From Octopus sinensis (taxonomy: Eukaryota): DNA of 64,000 nucleotides. This document shows, piece by piece, positions 25,352 to 38,935 of the stretch. The stretch spans positions 128,402,001 through 128,466,000 of the forward strand of contig NC_042999.1 of assembly GCF_006345805.1 (NCBI RefSeq), given 5' to 3'. The translations under genes were made by a program, and so were the position numbers. Under the pieces are notes generated by a model. That model was not told the DNA's origin, searched no databases, and saw nothing but the letters and a program-made list of their open reading frames with translations. Positions within the stretch are counted from its first letter, which is position 1. Each line of letters opens with the position of its first letter.

Positions 25352-26218
25352 CATGAGGTGGTATCAAAAAGTCTCTGGACTAATTCTGTAGGACACCAAC
25401 AGATGGCAGTGCACAGATGACAGTGCACAGTGAGAGCTAGCAGTGACTGTCATGAGGCAGTATGCCAAGTTACATCACTGTGTTTATTTGGCAAGTTGTG
25501 AAATTTGTATTTTTGTGATCATGTGTATGCTGTATTCTGTGATTTTGTCATGGACAGGAACAAAGAGCCGACGTGAAATTTTGCATTAAACTTGGGAAGT
25601 CTGCTACAGAGACTTTGAAAATACTTCAATAAGCTTACAGCAATGAAGCAATGGGTCATACGTAGTGTTTGGAGTAGCATGGGTGCTTTAAAAGTGAAAG
25701 AATATCCCTGGAAGATGATGAGCAATCTGGAAGACCTACCACATGCGTCATCCCCAGAAGTGTGGCATTGTGCATCGAGAATTCAACCCCCAGGGCTAGA
25801 CCATCAATTGAGAGTTCTGCTGTGATGTTTTGAAGCATTTGAGGGAGAACATTTGGCAAAAACGATTGAATCTATGGAGCATGATGATTTGGATTCTTCA
25901 CAACAACAATGCCCCCTGTCTCTGAGCTCTCCATACCCACCCTGTTAGCCAGATTTAGCACCTGTGAACTTCCATTTCTTCCCCAAGATGAAAATGCAGC
26001 TCAAAAGTTGCCATTTTATCAGGGTTGTCAAGATCCAAAGTGAATCACTGAAGGTCCTCCACTCGCTTATGGAAAATGACTTCCACACTAGATTCCAAAA
26101 GTGACAGGAATGCTGGGACAAGGTGATTAATTCAAAGGAGAGGATGTTAAAACTTAGGTAAATAAGTTATTTTTTATTAAACATAACTAGTCCGGGAACG
26201 TTTTGATATTACCTCATA
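25352..26218 (+). mobile_element. Mariner element, internally deleted, both TIRs present
   Basis: TIRs catgaggtggtatcaaaaagt.../...gttttgatattacctcata. Degenerate HTH region (KFCIKLGKSATETLKILQ*AYSNEAMGHT.CLE...LEDDEQSGRP) and PDLAPVNFHFFPKMKMQLK. Confidence 0.8.
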
Positions 26219-26307
26219 TGTGGCACTACATGGGCAAGGTATCATATGCACATTTATATATATTTCTATATATTTCTATATGTATGTATAAACATACATA
26301 CATATTT

Positions 26308-26340
<33 letters not shown>

Positions 26341-26439
26341 CATATATTTTGTACACCACCTGTCTTCGTCTTTTGTTTTTTTTGTAAACTCTCCCTATAT
26401 ATATATATATATATATGTATGCACATACGTGCAATATAT

Positions 26440-26790
26440 TTTTTATCTCTATTTGTTTCAGCTATTAGATTGTGATCATGTTGGGGATTCACCTTGAAGA
26501 ATTTTTAGTTGAATGAATTGATTCGGATACTCACTTTTTATTCCTTTTTAAGCCTAGTATTTATTCTGTCTTTCTCTACCTCTGAACCACTAAGTTAAAT
26601 GGATGTAAACAAACCAACACTAGTTGTCAAGCAGTAGTGGAAAACAGACAGACAGACACACACACACACATATATATATATGACAGGCTTCTTTCAGTTT
26701 CCACCAACCAGATCTACTCACAAGGCTTTGGTTAGCCCAAGGTGCCACACAGTGGGACTGAACCCAGAAGCATGTAGTTGGGAAGCAAGC
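26440..26790 (-). mobile_element. SINE family A, degraded
   Basis: Tail and head in reverse orientation around a microsatellite. Confidence 0.7.
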
Positions 26791-27075
26791 TTCTTATAGA
26801 TACATACATATCATCATCATCCTTTAATGTCTGTTTTCTCTGCTAAAAATGGGTTGGACAGTTTTGCATGAGCTGGCAAGTAGAAGAGCTGCACTAGGTT
26901 CCAGTCTGATTTGGTTTGGTTTCTGTAGCTGGATGCCCTTCCTAACACCAACCATTTTACAGAGTGTGCTGGGTGTTTTTAACATGGTACCAACACAGGT
27001 CCCTTGCAGGCCAATCCACTTCATCAGGTGGAGTAGCCTAGCTGTAGGTAACATCTATCTAGCTATCCATATATA

Positions 27076-28452
27076 CAGTGTTATTCAAAAAGAATGAACC
27101 AATTTCACTACGCAAAATTTCAATAAGGAAAAGCAATTGAAAACTCCAGCTAAATCATAAGTATTTACTCACAATCAACTTATATTTCCTGTCTTACAAG
27201 TGTTCAATGTGGCCACCACCTGCAGCTCAGGCAACAGCAATGTGATAAGTGAATTCCTCCCAGACGCATATCAGCTTATCATGATCCACTAAATTGATCG
27301 CTGTTGTTATTCGATGTTTAAGGTCATCAAGGTTAGTGGGTAGCGGTGGAGTTTTCTCGTTTTGAATGGCTGTCACAGGGGCAATGTAATCGTGTCGTTC
27401 TTTCAGCAATTTTCAATTGTTTGTTTACACCCAGAATGGCAAGTCTTCAGCCAAAGGTGTTTTGCATTCTCAAGTTCACGAAAACAAATTTGGTTGTCGC
27501 GGTGCAGCATGCTTTTCGAAGGCAACTCAACATTAATTCACCTTCTCCTAAGAACATTCGATGGTGGTTTCAACAGTTTCAAGAGAGGAGGTGTCTTTGT
27601 AAAGGAAAAAGCCCAGGATGACTACAAGTTTTGGAGAAGCAGGTGGCGAGGATCCGTGCTGCATTTGAGGGGAGCCTGCAGAAGTCCACAAATCAAGCTA
27701 GCTGTGAGCTTGTGATCCCTCAATCCACTATCTGGCATGCGCTGAGAAGATGTCTACATTTGAAATGATACAGACTATGCCTCGTTCAGGCATTTACCAA
27801 CAATGACAGGAGGAAGCGGATGGAATTTTGCGAATCGATGCTGGAGATGATGGAAGACAAAACCTTCATTTCACATTTAATTTTTAGTGATGAAGTGACT
27901 TTTCACTTGAGTGGCACTGTCAATCGTCACAATGTGTGTATTTTGGGAACAGAGTACCCACATGAAACAGTTGAGCATGAAAGAGATTCCCCTAAGGTGA
28001 ACGTCTTCTGTGCTGTTTCGGGACAAACCTATCTCGATATGCTCCAAACTGGCTCTTCACTTCATTGGAAACAGATTTACATGACTTCATTTTTCAACAA
28101 GATGGAGCACTGCCCCATTGGCACTTGATGGTTTGAGCTTTTTTAAACGAAAATGTGCTGCAGCAATGGATTAGTCAGAAAGGGGCCCAAGACCTTGCTC
28201 TTTGTGCTTGGCCTGTGAGATCCACAAACTTTACCATCTGTGACTTTTTTCTTGTGGGGATATGTAAAATATCCCGCTTTTATGTTCCTCTGCTACCCAC
28301 TAACCTCAATGACCTCAAGCATTGAATAACAACAGTGACCAACTCAGTGGATCGTGATATGCTGATATGCATCTGGGAGGAATTCTCTTATCACATTGCT
28401 GTTGCCTGTGCTGCAGGTGGTGGTCACATTGAACACTTGTAAGACAGGAAAT
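27076..28452 (+). mobile_element. Tc1/mariner element, DUF4817-type N-terminus, pseudogenised, long TIRs
   Basis: MASLQPKVFCILKFTK...WFQQFQE..CLCKGKSPG, IFSDEVTFHLSGTVNRHN...DSPKVNVFCAVS, FQQDGA.PHW, LT.CDFFLWGYVK. 27180-27345 is the reverse complement of 28290-28452. Confidence 0.85.
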
Positions 28453-28499
28453 ATATATATATATATACAGAGTATGAGGTGTATTTGAGGACATTTAAT

Positions 28500-28900
28500 T
28501 ATCAGTATATTAATCTCTTCAAACCAACTGAAAGGTTTTTATTTCTTTCAAATTCTCAATGGCAGATACAATGCAAACAAATGAAAGGCAAAAATATGCC
28601 GTTACTCTTGCTATGTGTGTGGAACATAGCAATTTAGAAATTGCCAACTCTCCAAATGCTGCATTTTTTTTTATTTGTACAGAAAGTTCAGATGGAAATG
28701 GAAACCTCTGGTGGGAATGCTTCAACTGTATCAAAGAGAAAAAAAAACATTCTAAGCATTCTGACACTATAAGGACACTTTAATTCATCCAACAGGTTTA
28801 AAAAATTTTTGATGATGAATCTGGAAAATCAATGAGAGCCCTCACCAAAGATGTAGCAATGAGAGCTTTGATAGTCTTCCATGTGTAATTAAGATAGGAA
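28500..28900 (+). mobile_element. Degraded N-terminal fragment of a Tc1/mariner transposase
   Basis: YAVTLAMCVEHSNLEIA...KKKHSKHSDTIRT...FIQQV..IFDDESGKSMRALTKD matches the HTH/NLS layout I recall for DD37D-like transposases. Confidence 0.5.
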
Positions 28901-29330
28901 TTAAATAAACATTCAAAGTTGATTTTCTTTTGCACCTTCAGAGCCATATTGCTAGAAAAATTTAAAGGCTATGATTCTTTGTTTTTCTGGTTATGACAAG
29001 GTGCCATGTTGAATACTCTGGAAAACACAATATAAAAATGAAAAATTCTTTATTGATTTTAAGTGCAATTTGACAAAATGGGAAAATAGTAATGATTAAT
29101 GAATTAATACCAATGGATTGCAAATTTTCATCAAAATCAGGTGATGCTTTCAGGAGAACTTGTGCGAATTTAATTATCTGTCTATCTATCTATCTATCTA
29201 TCTATCAATTTATTTATTTAAAAGATAAAAATTTAGTTAGGTGTTAAATTTATTTATTTGTTTGTGAACATACAATTGTATTTTATAATATGTAGCATGC
29301 ATATTAATGAGACATGTAAACATAATGTAA

Positions 29331-29900
29331 TATGAGGGGGTACCCAAAAGAAACTGGAGTTTTGCATTATTATTTTATTTTCTTAGTTTTACCTGTTTAC
29401 ACTTTTATTGCCTTCAAAGTATTCTCCATTTGGAGCAATGCATCAGTCCTGACATGTTTTCTTCTGTTCGAAGCAGTCCTGGAACTCTTGTGAAGTGATG
29501 CCTTTTAACACCTCCATCGTTTTTTTCTTCTCCTCTTCAAAATCTGTAAAACGTTTTCCTCTAAGGACTTTTTTCATTCAGGGGAAAAGAAAAAAGCCAT
29601 AGGGAGCAAGATCAGGCAAATAGGGAGAGTGGATAAGCAAGATCATGCCATTTTTGGTAAAAACTGTCTCAAACTCAAGGCAGTGTGCACTGGTGCATTG
29701 TTGTGATGAACCCACCACTCTGCACTTTACCACAGGTCGGGGTGTTTTTGTCTCACCATGTCTCACAAATGTTTCAGAACTACCAAGTAAAATGTCTGGT
29801 TAGCAGTTTGGCCAGAAGGAACAAATTCTGTGTGGGCAATTCCTTTCACATTCATGAAATAAATCATTTTCTTGACATTGGACTTCATTTGATGTGCTGG
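29331..29900 (-). mobile_element. Mariner transposase 3' half plus terminal repeat
   Basis: NVKGIAHTEFVPSGQTANQTFYLVVLK, HHNNAPVHTA, HSPYLPDLAPYGFFLFP, SNGEYFEG. Terminus tatgagggggtacccaaaa. Confidence 0.85.
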
Positions 29901-30940
29901 CAACAAAGGGTCTCTCTCTCTCAGAGGGAGAGGCAGATTGTTTGATGCCTGTGCATGAACAACTATGCTGCATGGCAGTGAAGCATGGGTTGTGACAGCC
30001 ACGGACATGCATAGGCTTGAAAGAAATGAAGCCAGTATGCTTCACTGGATGTACGTCAGTGTGCATATTCAACAGAATGTAAGCATCTTGAGAGAAAAGT
30101 TAGGCATAAAAGGCATCAGATGTGGTGTGCAAGTGAGACGACTGTGCTGGTATGGTCATGTGATACATATGGACGAGGACAGCTGTGTAAAAAAGTGCTG
30201 ATCTCTAACCGTGGAGGGAATCTGTGGTAGAGGTAGACCTGGAAGATATGGAACAAGGTGGTGAAGAAGGATCTTCGAACTTTGAGCCTCACAGGGGCAA
30301 TGACTGTAACTGAGACCTTTGGTGATATTCAAACTGAGAAGAACTGCTAAGCCAAGTGCACCCATGCTGGTGGCATGTAAAGAACACCTTTCAAGTGTTG
30401 GGCTTCATGGAGGCAAAGAGGCTGAGTTCCTTTCAAGTGCTGAACCTCATACAGGTAAAGTGGCTGAGTTCCTTTCGAGTATTGGGCCTCACAAAGGCAA
30501 AGTGGCTGAGTTCCTTTTGAGTATTGGGAAGCAATGACTGAGACCTTTGGCATTATGGCATGCTTGAGGACAAAACCTATTAAGCCGAGAAAAATTGCAG
30601 TCATGGCAGATACTGGTGTCACGCAAATTAGCACCCATACAAGTGGCACATAAAAGCACCCCGGTGTCATGCAAATGGCACCTGTACTGGTGGCATGTAA
30701 AAGTACCCATTATACTCTTGGAGTGGTTGGCATTAGGAAGGGTATCCAGCTGTAGAAAACTAGAACAAATCAGACTAGAGTGTGGTGCATCCTTCCAGCA
30801 TGCCAGCCCAGTCAAACCATCCAACCCATGCCAGCATGGACAACAAACGTTAAATGATGGTTATGATGATGATGATGACATATTATATTATATTAAATCC
30901 AACCCATGCCAGCATGGAAAGCGGGCATTAAAAGATGATG
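29900..30940 (+). mobile_element. RTE LINE 3' fragment (older subfamily) with 3'-UTR
   Basis: MLHGSEAWVVT...LERNEASMLHWM...RRLCWYGHVIHMDEDSCVKKC, then 42-nt tandem units and a (GAT)n tail. Confidence 0.85.
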
Positions 30941-31258
30941 AGGAGGAGGAGGAGAAGGAGGGGAGGGGGGAGGAGGAGGAGGATTATGATGATGATGATA
31001 TAACTGAAAAATCACACGAATAACACGAGTAAAATTTGAGGAACAAAGAAAGTGAACAATGAAGCTCAATGTATCTCAAATGAAGAAACCAAAGTATCTG
31101 ACATTTGGCGGTATACCATTTATCAATTAGAAAAAGAAATTGAAATAAGAACTGAGTGGCATGAGAAAGAGAGCAAATAAATCCATAAGTGCAGAAGCCC
31201 ATAACCAGATTTTTTTGCAACATAAACACACTAGAATGCATACATGCATGCACCACGC

Positions 31259-31302
<44 letters not shown>

Positions 31303-31386
31303 CCTCTCTCTCTCTCTCTTCTCCCCAATGGTTTTCTACATCTTTCTGAAAAACGGCCTTCAAAAGTCACTACATGATTTTCATAC

Positions 31387-31572
31387 CTCCACTATCAATG
31401 AACAACAGCTCCTCTGCAAACTGAGAATATCAACATAATGAAAAGCAGCAAAGTAGAACTCACCACTAAACTGAAAAGGCATATCAGGAGCCAACAGAAT
31501 GGGGCTCAGTTCAGAAAAAAGAGTAAGATTCTGATCAGCAGCCACATCCAGAAAACAGCAACTAATATTGTC
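31387..31572 (-). other. Candidate exon pair 31464-31572 and 31387-31413 separated by a 50-nt GT-AG gap
   Basis: tttttgtctgctcAG acceptor, gtg|GTGAGT donor, tttgcAG acceptor, gag|GTATGA donor. Joined frame DNISCCFLDVAADQNLTLFSELSPILLAPDMPFQFSEELLFIDSG. No homology recognised. Confidence 0.2.
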
Positions 31573-32143
31573 CTGAGCAGACAAAAATTTTAAGAAGGTG
31601 CAAGGATAGCTCTGTGGTTAAGAAGCTCATTTTGCACTGCATGGTGAATCTCATATACAAAACTCAAATAAACAGCTTTGTTAGGCAGCAAATCATCACA
31701 TATGCTGGCAGACATGGTAGGCATGGTAGGCATGGCAGGCAGGATTGTCTATAGTGAAATATTGATTTCATATTTTGGCATAAGACCAGCAATTTCAGGG
31801 GTGGAGTTGGGGGTAAGTCGATTGAATCAACCCCAGTGCTCAACTGGTACATGTTTCATTGACCCTGAAAGGATGATACACAAAGTTGACCTCAGTGAAA
31901 TTTGAACTCAGAATATAAAGACAGACGAAATGCTGCTAAGCATTTTACCTGGTGTGCTAACGATTCTGCCAGCTCACTGCCTTTCTACAGTGAAATATTG
32001 AAAGCTCATCTGGTACAGTCGTATATCTCTCTCCAACTCCCAGTTCAAAGCTATTCTTCAGTGTACAATGAAGTAGAGCAAAGAAGAGACAAATAAAGAA
32101 AATCCCAGTCTGACAGCATCAAACACCATGGCCTTTAAGCATA

Positions 32144-32185
<42 letters not shown>

Positions 32186-34291
32186 CAGTAGGTATATGAT
32201 GAAATTGTTCTGAGAATTATTGGACAAGAATCAATGGCAATTATTCACTACCAGAGTATCTAAAGTAGCACCTAAAAGGCTGGCCCAGCAATCATAGGAT
32301 GATGATGATGATGACAATGACGATGACGATGATGATGATAAAATAAGGCAAGGCTAAGAGTAAGTGAGAGGGGAGCAAGAGAAAAAGAAAGAAAAGAAAG
32401 AAACAATGGAAGAAATAGAAAGCAAGAAAGACTGAAAAAAAGAGAAAAAGAAAGAATGGAGTGAGAGAGAGAGAGAACATTTTGGTGAGATACAATATTT
32501 GGAAAAGATAAATATATCCTTTCTAAAACAGATTTTGTTTCCCCAGTCTAGATAGATAATTTTTATTTTAAGCTGATATATGACATCGAATTTTTAAAAT
32601 CTTGATTTTAATCTAATAATGCATATTCTGTAAGGAAATATTTGCATTTACTGCTGCTGTTGCTACGGCTGCTACAGCTGGATAATCTTAACTTGTAGTT
32701 TAAGATCTTTAAAACATCAAAACCATATTGACAACTGACCTCCATTTTCTACAGAATATTTCCCCTGTCAACAGCTTTGAAAAAGATTTTCTTTAAATCC
32801 CATGGCTTTCTTTTCGTTTTGTGTGTATGTGTATGTGTGTGTGTGTGTGTGTGTATGTGAAAGTAGGTACATGTTAAAATTATTCTTAGAATATTATTGA
32901 CTTTTAACTTGGTCTGGTTTGATTTTCTGAGAAATCCTTTGAAATGGGTGCATGAAATGGAAAAGAAAATGTAAAATCTTTAAAAGACAGAGAGAGGGAA
33001 AGAGTGTGAAAGAGAGAGAAAGGGGAGAGAGAGAAAGAGAGAAAATATTGATTTAGTTTCACTGTTTATTTGAAAAATCTAATTAACAAATGGTTAAGGT
33101 TTCAGCTACCCGTCTCTCATTTTATGAAGTTTTATCCGTTTCGTGATTTTCAAGAAGACACTAATTTTTTGTTGCATCAAAATTCCAATTCTAGATCTCA
33201 TTCACAACTGAAAGGGGTTCTACTTTAGTGTTTCCCAACTTACCGGAGGTACTAAAATTCATTTCAGGAATTGCTGGATTTCAAATTTATCTTGCATCTA
33301 CATTCAAATTTCATAAGACAGGCATAAGGAAGGGTATTTGCTAATTTGACTTGTCATCAAAGGGTGTACTGGACTAACATAAGATCAGAAAATGCTACTC
33401 TACATTATCATTCTGCCTGCTAGAAATAACAGTCAAATCTTCAGCAAATCAAAGCAACAACAATGATAATTCCAGGATTAAAATGCTCGAATACTCAGAG
33501 AGAGGGAAGGGAGGCGGGGAGAGAGAGGGAGATGGGTGAACAGATGGACAGTTGAACAGATGGACAGTTGAACAGACAGACAGGCAGAAAGAGAACCAGT
33601 ATGTTATGCCTTATAAAAAGGAACAACACACTGGATATCAAAGTCCCAGATATTGTATATCTGAAAATATAACAGGCAGATCAAGGATGGCCAAGATCTG
33701 TTAAGCTGAGGCTGACTTGGTACTAAACAATAACAACAACAACAATACTTCTGGCCATTCTCTGATATTTGTATGTTATCCCATAAGTTGTAAATCTACC
33801 AACAAATTAAATTATGTAACCTCCAAGTATCTGATCTAAAGAATGTCTCCAAATATATTTTACTAATCATCAAAAGATAATTCATTTCCAAGTCACAGCA
33901 TTTAGTCACTAGGTACTACTTCAAAAATTGTAATTTCATCTGAGTATAGCCTATCCAGCCATCCTGGGTCTTCTGGACACCAATATATATATATATATAT
34001 GCAGGTATTTATATGTGTGTTTGTGCATCTGTGTTTGTTCCCTTGCCATTACTTGAAAACTGATACTGGTGTGTTTATGTCCCCATAACTTAGCAGTTTG
34101 GCAAAAGAGACCGATAGAATAAGTACTAGGCTTACAAAGAATAAGTTCTGAGGTTGATTTCTTCAACTTAAACCCTTTAAGGTGGAGCTCTGGTATGGCC
34201 ACAGTCAAATGACCAAAACAAGTAAAAGAACAGAAGAATATAATCTGAACTTAAGTAGTTCAAATATTTTCAAAGCAATTTACCTATAGGT

Positions 34292-34611
34292 CAGTGGTTC
34301 TCAACTGGGGTTCTTTTGGGGTCCACAGAACAAAATAGTAAATTGGGGATCCATAACAGTATTTTAAGTGCCCCTTAAAAAATTTTGCTTCAGATGTACA
34401 TATTGGTGTGTATTGCAAGAACCAGCTAGGTTTCTTTCTCTAATATTTTACATAGTTCAATCTACACAAGTTAATGAGGGAAAAATAAAATAGGAATTTT
34501 GAAAGAAGTTTCTATATAACTAGATTTTAAACATTGAATGGCTATAGGGGTCCACCAAAATAAAATAGTAATCAAAGAGATCCATAGATAAAAAGTGGTT
34601 GAGAACCCCTG
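34292..34611. mobile_element. hAT (Charlie-like) MITE
   Basis: TIRs cagtggttctcaac / gttgagaacccctg flanked by an 8-bp TSD ctataggt / ctatacgt (7/8 match). Confidence 0.8.
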
Positions 34612-36606
34612 CTATACGTGAACCAGTTTATGTTATCAGAAAAGCTTTAAAATAACACTCATATTTCAAAATTATAAGTTGAATTGAGATCTTATTCATA
34701 TGCAAGCTGAAAGATAGAAACATAAATTAGTTATTGACATTATAATTGCAATTTAGAAACTTCATCAAGTGCAATAATTGCCTAATGATGGACTTTTCTT
34801 AATTGGTTTGTAGTAAGTGTAATATAATTAATGTGCAATGTTATGCTGACCTAATGTGTCAGATATTTAATAGGGAATAATAATTTGTGTCACAGTATAT
34901 CTCAACTAGTTACAGGCTTTTCAACAAGAAGACATTTTATGAGATACTGGAGAATGTTATCCACAAATTTATGGGAGTCCCCTGAAAAAAACAAACAAAG
35001 CCTATTTGGAGTAGACAAGGTCACAAGGTCACAACTTTTTATTGCTACCCCTCATAGCATATCGTAGGTAAATATAAACTGTCTTTTACTTTGTTATTAC
35101 TTGCCATTTGAAAACGAAGGAAGAGTGTCATAAAATATATAAGAAAGCAATCTGTACATTATATTTAATACAGACATAATGTAGAAAGCCTAAAAACTGC
35201 AGTATTTGCTTTGAGAAAGTATCCTTTATAGATGTAAAATGTTAAAAAAACACAGAAATATACCAGTAGCAGAAGAAAGCAGTCCGGCAATGGTGGTGGC
35301 ATTACTAAATACATATTTCTTTGAGCATCATCAGTAGCAAGTCTCCACTAACAACTGCATGCTAAGACAAATTTAACCTCTTCTGATATAGGAAAACAGT
35401 AGCTGAAAAGTCACTGATGTTGCAACTAGCCAGCAGGCTGCATGAAAATTCATTATTAGTGATGGAAACAGTATTTGTTCAAATTAGCAATCTGTCTCTA
35501 CTACTGGAACTCTGTTATGATGATGAGCACTCTACAGACATATGTACCCTTAAAGTAATTCTCAAGGAGATTCACCTTGATTCATTTTTGCTTAAGTGAA
35601 CTGGAACAACAGGAAATAAAATGTCTTGCTCAAGGGCACAACACACAGCCAGGAATCAAATTCATAACGTTATGACCATGAGCTGGATACTATAACTACT
35701 TCATCTTTAGTAATTTGTATATTATACTAAATGCAGATAAGAAAGAAGCTGTTGAAGTATCAAGTTTTTTTTATATACACAAGGATATAATAGCTATATT
35801 TGCAAAATTATTTTTTGATGGATCATGACCAATTTATTACCTCACAGAAATATATTATGCTGTATTTCTAAATGGATTCTCTGAAAATTATAATTTGGTT
35901 TGAAATTACATTTTGAATTGTATATAAAATCTTTTTCCATTCATTTTGAAATATGGGGTAATAAGCAAAGTGAAATGAGAGCCTATATTTTGTCATGATA
36001 GGTAATGTGGATTAATAAGGTAAAAGCACCAATGCTTGTGGTTTCAGGTTCAGTCCTACCATGTGGTATTTTAGGCAAGTACCTTCTCCCATAGTCTCAA
36101 GTTGACTGCACACAACCATAGTAGTGTCTATGTTCCCTGAGCAATTGGGCATAAGTGATGGATCATCTAAGAGATATTTGGGATTCAGAAAATAATTAGT
36201 ATTTATGGAAGTAAACACAGATTGGTATAAGTTAGTTTAAGATTCTTAACACTTGTATTATTAATAAAAAACTGTAAAGGTTTGTTTCCTGGGATATACT
36301 TTGAAAAAGCAAATTATTGAAAATGTGAAGCTGATGACTTGGTACAACAAAGAAAGCTGATAAATCTGCAAGGTCTTTCAGCCTGTTAGAAATAGTTATC
36401 AAATTTCTTTCAAAAATCACACCCTGCTGTCTTAAGAAAGAGAATGCTATGTGAAGGATAACAGTTGACTGAAGAATGCTCAAGTGATCCAAATGGAAAG
36501 ATCATGCAGAAGACTAAAGAAGAGACAGAAAGAAGCAGTAAAAACTGATCTCAGGATATTGAACATCACAAAAGAGATGACAATAGGCCATAGCTAGTGA
36601 AGAGAT

Positions 36607-36713
36607 ACCAAACCCTAACTTGATTTTCAAGTGAAGTATTTTATCATTTCACCAGTTCCCACATATTTCTATATGGAAAAATACTTTACTTGAAAATCAA
36701 GTTAGGGTTTGGT
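36607..36713. repeat. Hairpin with 36-bp arms and a 35-nt loop
   Basis: 36607-36642 pairs with 36678-36713: 35 Watson-Crick pairs plus one G.T. Confidence 0.9.
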
Positions 36714-36789
36714 GACAGGAAGAACACCTGACTGTAAAAATTTTATTCTATAATTGTCGTCTAACCTCATCCTAGCATGAGAAAAGTAT

Positions 36790-37010
36790 ATGTCAGAATG
36801 TTGACATCGACAACAATGAAGAAGATAATGATGATAGTGACAACAACGACAATGACGGTGACAACAACGAAGAGGGCAACAAGATTGATGATGATAATGA
36901 TGATGATGATGATGATGATGATGAGATGATGATGATGATGATGATGATGATGACAACAGCAACAGCGTCAATAATGATGATGGTGATTATATTCATGATG
37001 ATGAAGAAGA
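36790..37010. repeat. Cryptic (GAT/GAC/AAC)n trinucleotide repeat
   Basis: Same type as 7993-9075, opposite orientation. Confidence 0.9.
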
Positions 37011-37397
37011 AACATCTACTGTAAGACTGAATTAAGCTGTGTCTTAATTAAATTATGGAAAATTTATTTTGTAACAACTTTAGTCAATGCAAATTTAACA
37101 ATAATTACTATCAACATTTTGTAGTCACTAATTAATACGTTTATGAGAAATATTGTCTCTTATCTCAAATATTGAATTATTCAATTTGAACAATGTAGGT
37201 AAGGGGAAAGACAAACTGCAGTCATAAAACACTTTCGAAGTAGTTCCCAACAAATATATAAGGAGAGAATAACAAAAGTTAAAATCTGTAATCTCCACAA
37301 AATTAACAACTAATGCTGGAAACATACACACACACACATAAACACACATAAACACACATAAACACACACATAAACACACATGTGAGGAAATGTAGAA

Positions 37398-37497
37398 ACT
37401 GAGAGAATATTATATCACGATCTGAGAGAATATTATATCACGATCTTAGTAATATTATATCACGATCTGAGAGAATATTATATCACGATCTTAGTAA
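37398..37497. repeat. Minisatellite of 22-23-nt units (…aatattatatcacgatc…)
   Basis: Four copies of aatattatatcacgatc preceded by ctgagag or ttagt variants. Confidence 0.9.
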
Positions 37498-38842
37498 CGG
37501 AGTTATCAGTTGATCCCTTCATTAACACTCCTAACCAGAAATCCAGTTAAGACAATGCACTAAGAATCCTTCTGCAACAGGAGAGAAAGAGAAAGAGACA
37601 GACAGAAAGAAGGAAAGAAAGAAAGAGATAAAGAAGGAGAAAGAAAGGAAAGATGACTCAGTGTTGGAAGATGAAGTGTAGTTAGTTTGATTATATATAC
37701 GGACCAAAATTAATTAGCTCCTTGTACAAGAATCTATAAAACAGAGCACTTGGGACTTCTGTCTCTAAGTTCAATTCTGTACTATGTCAATGTCTCGACA
37801 TTTTACAAATCAATAAAATAAGTACTTTCAATGTACCACCATCACCTAGCTGTCCAGATGTTTTGCGTTCTTGTCCCATTTTGTATTTTATATATATATC
37901 AATTTAATACACATTATGAAAAAGGTATGGTACTTTGACTAAAATTCTTCAAGGCAGTATGCTGGCATGGTCACAGACTGAGACAAATAAAAGATAAAAG
38001 ATATACATATATATATCTCACATTTACCAAATTTTCTCATGATGTTTTGGGTTGTCCCAGAGATATAGTTGATGACCACTCTCCAAGGAGCTGAATCTAA
38101 AACTATGTAGTTGGGAAATGAAGTTCTTGATGACATAGCCATGCCTGGGCCAACATAGCAATTTAAAAAAAGCAGGACATATTTTATTATGTACTCTTAG
38201 ATTCTCTGTTAGAAAAAAAAACCCTGAGAATCTAAGACTTCATTATCCATTGTTTGAGTGCTTTTGATCAAAGAGGACTTTGAGTGAAACAACAACAACA
38301 ACAACAATAACAACAACTACAACAGCACCAGCAACAAAATCCTCTCTGACCAATAGAGAGAGAATCTCTTACATATGGTTTATCTGAAATACAAAATTTT
38401 CTTTCATCAATGTAGAAATGTTGGTTTCAAATTTTGGTGCAAGGCCAACAAGTTCAGGAGAGGGGATAAGTTAATTGCATCAACCCCAGTGCTCAACTGT
38501 TACTTATTTTATCAACCCTAAAAGGATAAAAGATAAGGTCAGCCTTGGCAGAATTTGAACTCAGAATGTACAGATGAATGAAATACCACTACAAAATCTG
38601 CATCTAACAAGTCACCTATACTGCTAAGTGCTTTATAGGTGTAAAACCAATGGTCACTCTATGACTGGCCATAACTCTTAACCGCCTAATTAATACATTG
38701 CTGCTCTAATGCTCTAGAGTGTGCTTCTTTTACAGATATATGAACTACTGACAATATACACATATATAAATATATATTATACATATATATAAACTTACTT
38801 AGAAATGGATGTGTGGCATTCAATCAAATAATAATATAAATA

Positions 38843-38912
<70 letters not shown>

Positions 38913-38935
38913 ATATTCATACATATATATACATG

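Noticed and set aside
28559-28783. 74-aa ORF as a host gene
   Set aside because: Better explained as a frameshifted Tc1/mariner N-terminal fragment.
36232-36600. 86-aa minus-strand ORF as an exon
   Set aside because: It overlaps a decayed + strand RTE-like 3' remnant (gcagtaaaaactgatctcaggatattgaacatcacaaaagagatgac) and has no convincing splice sites.
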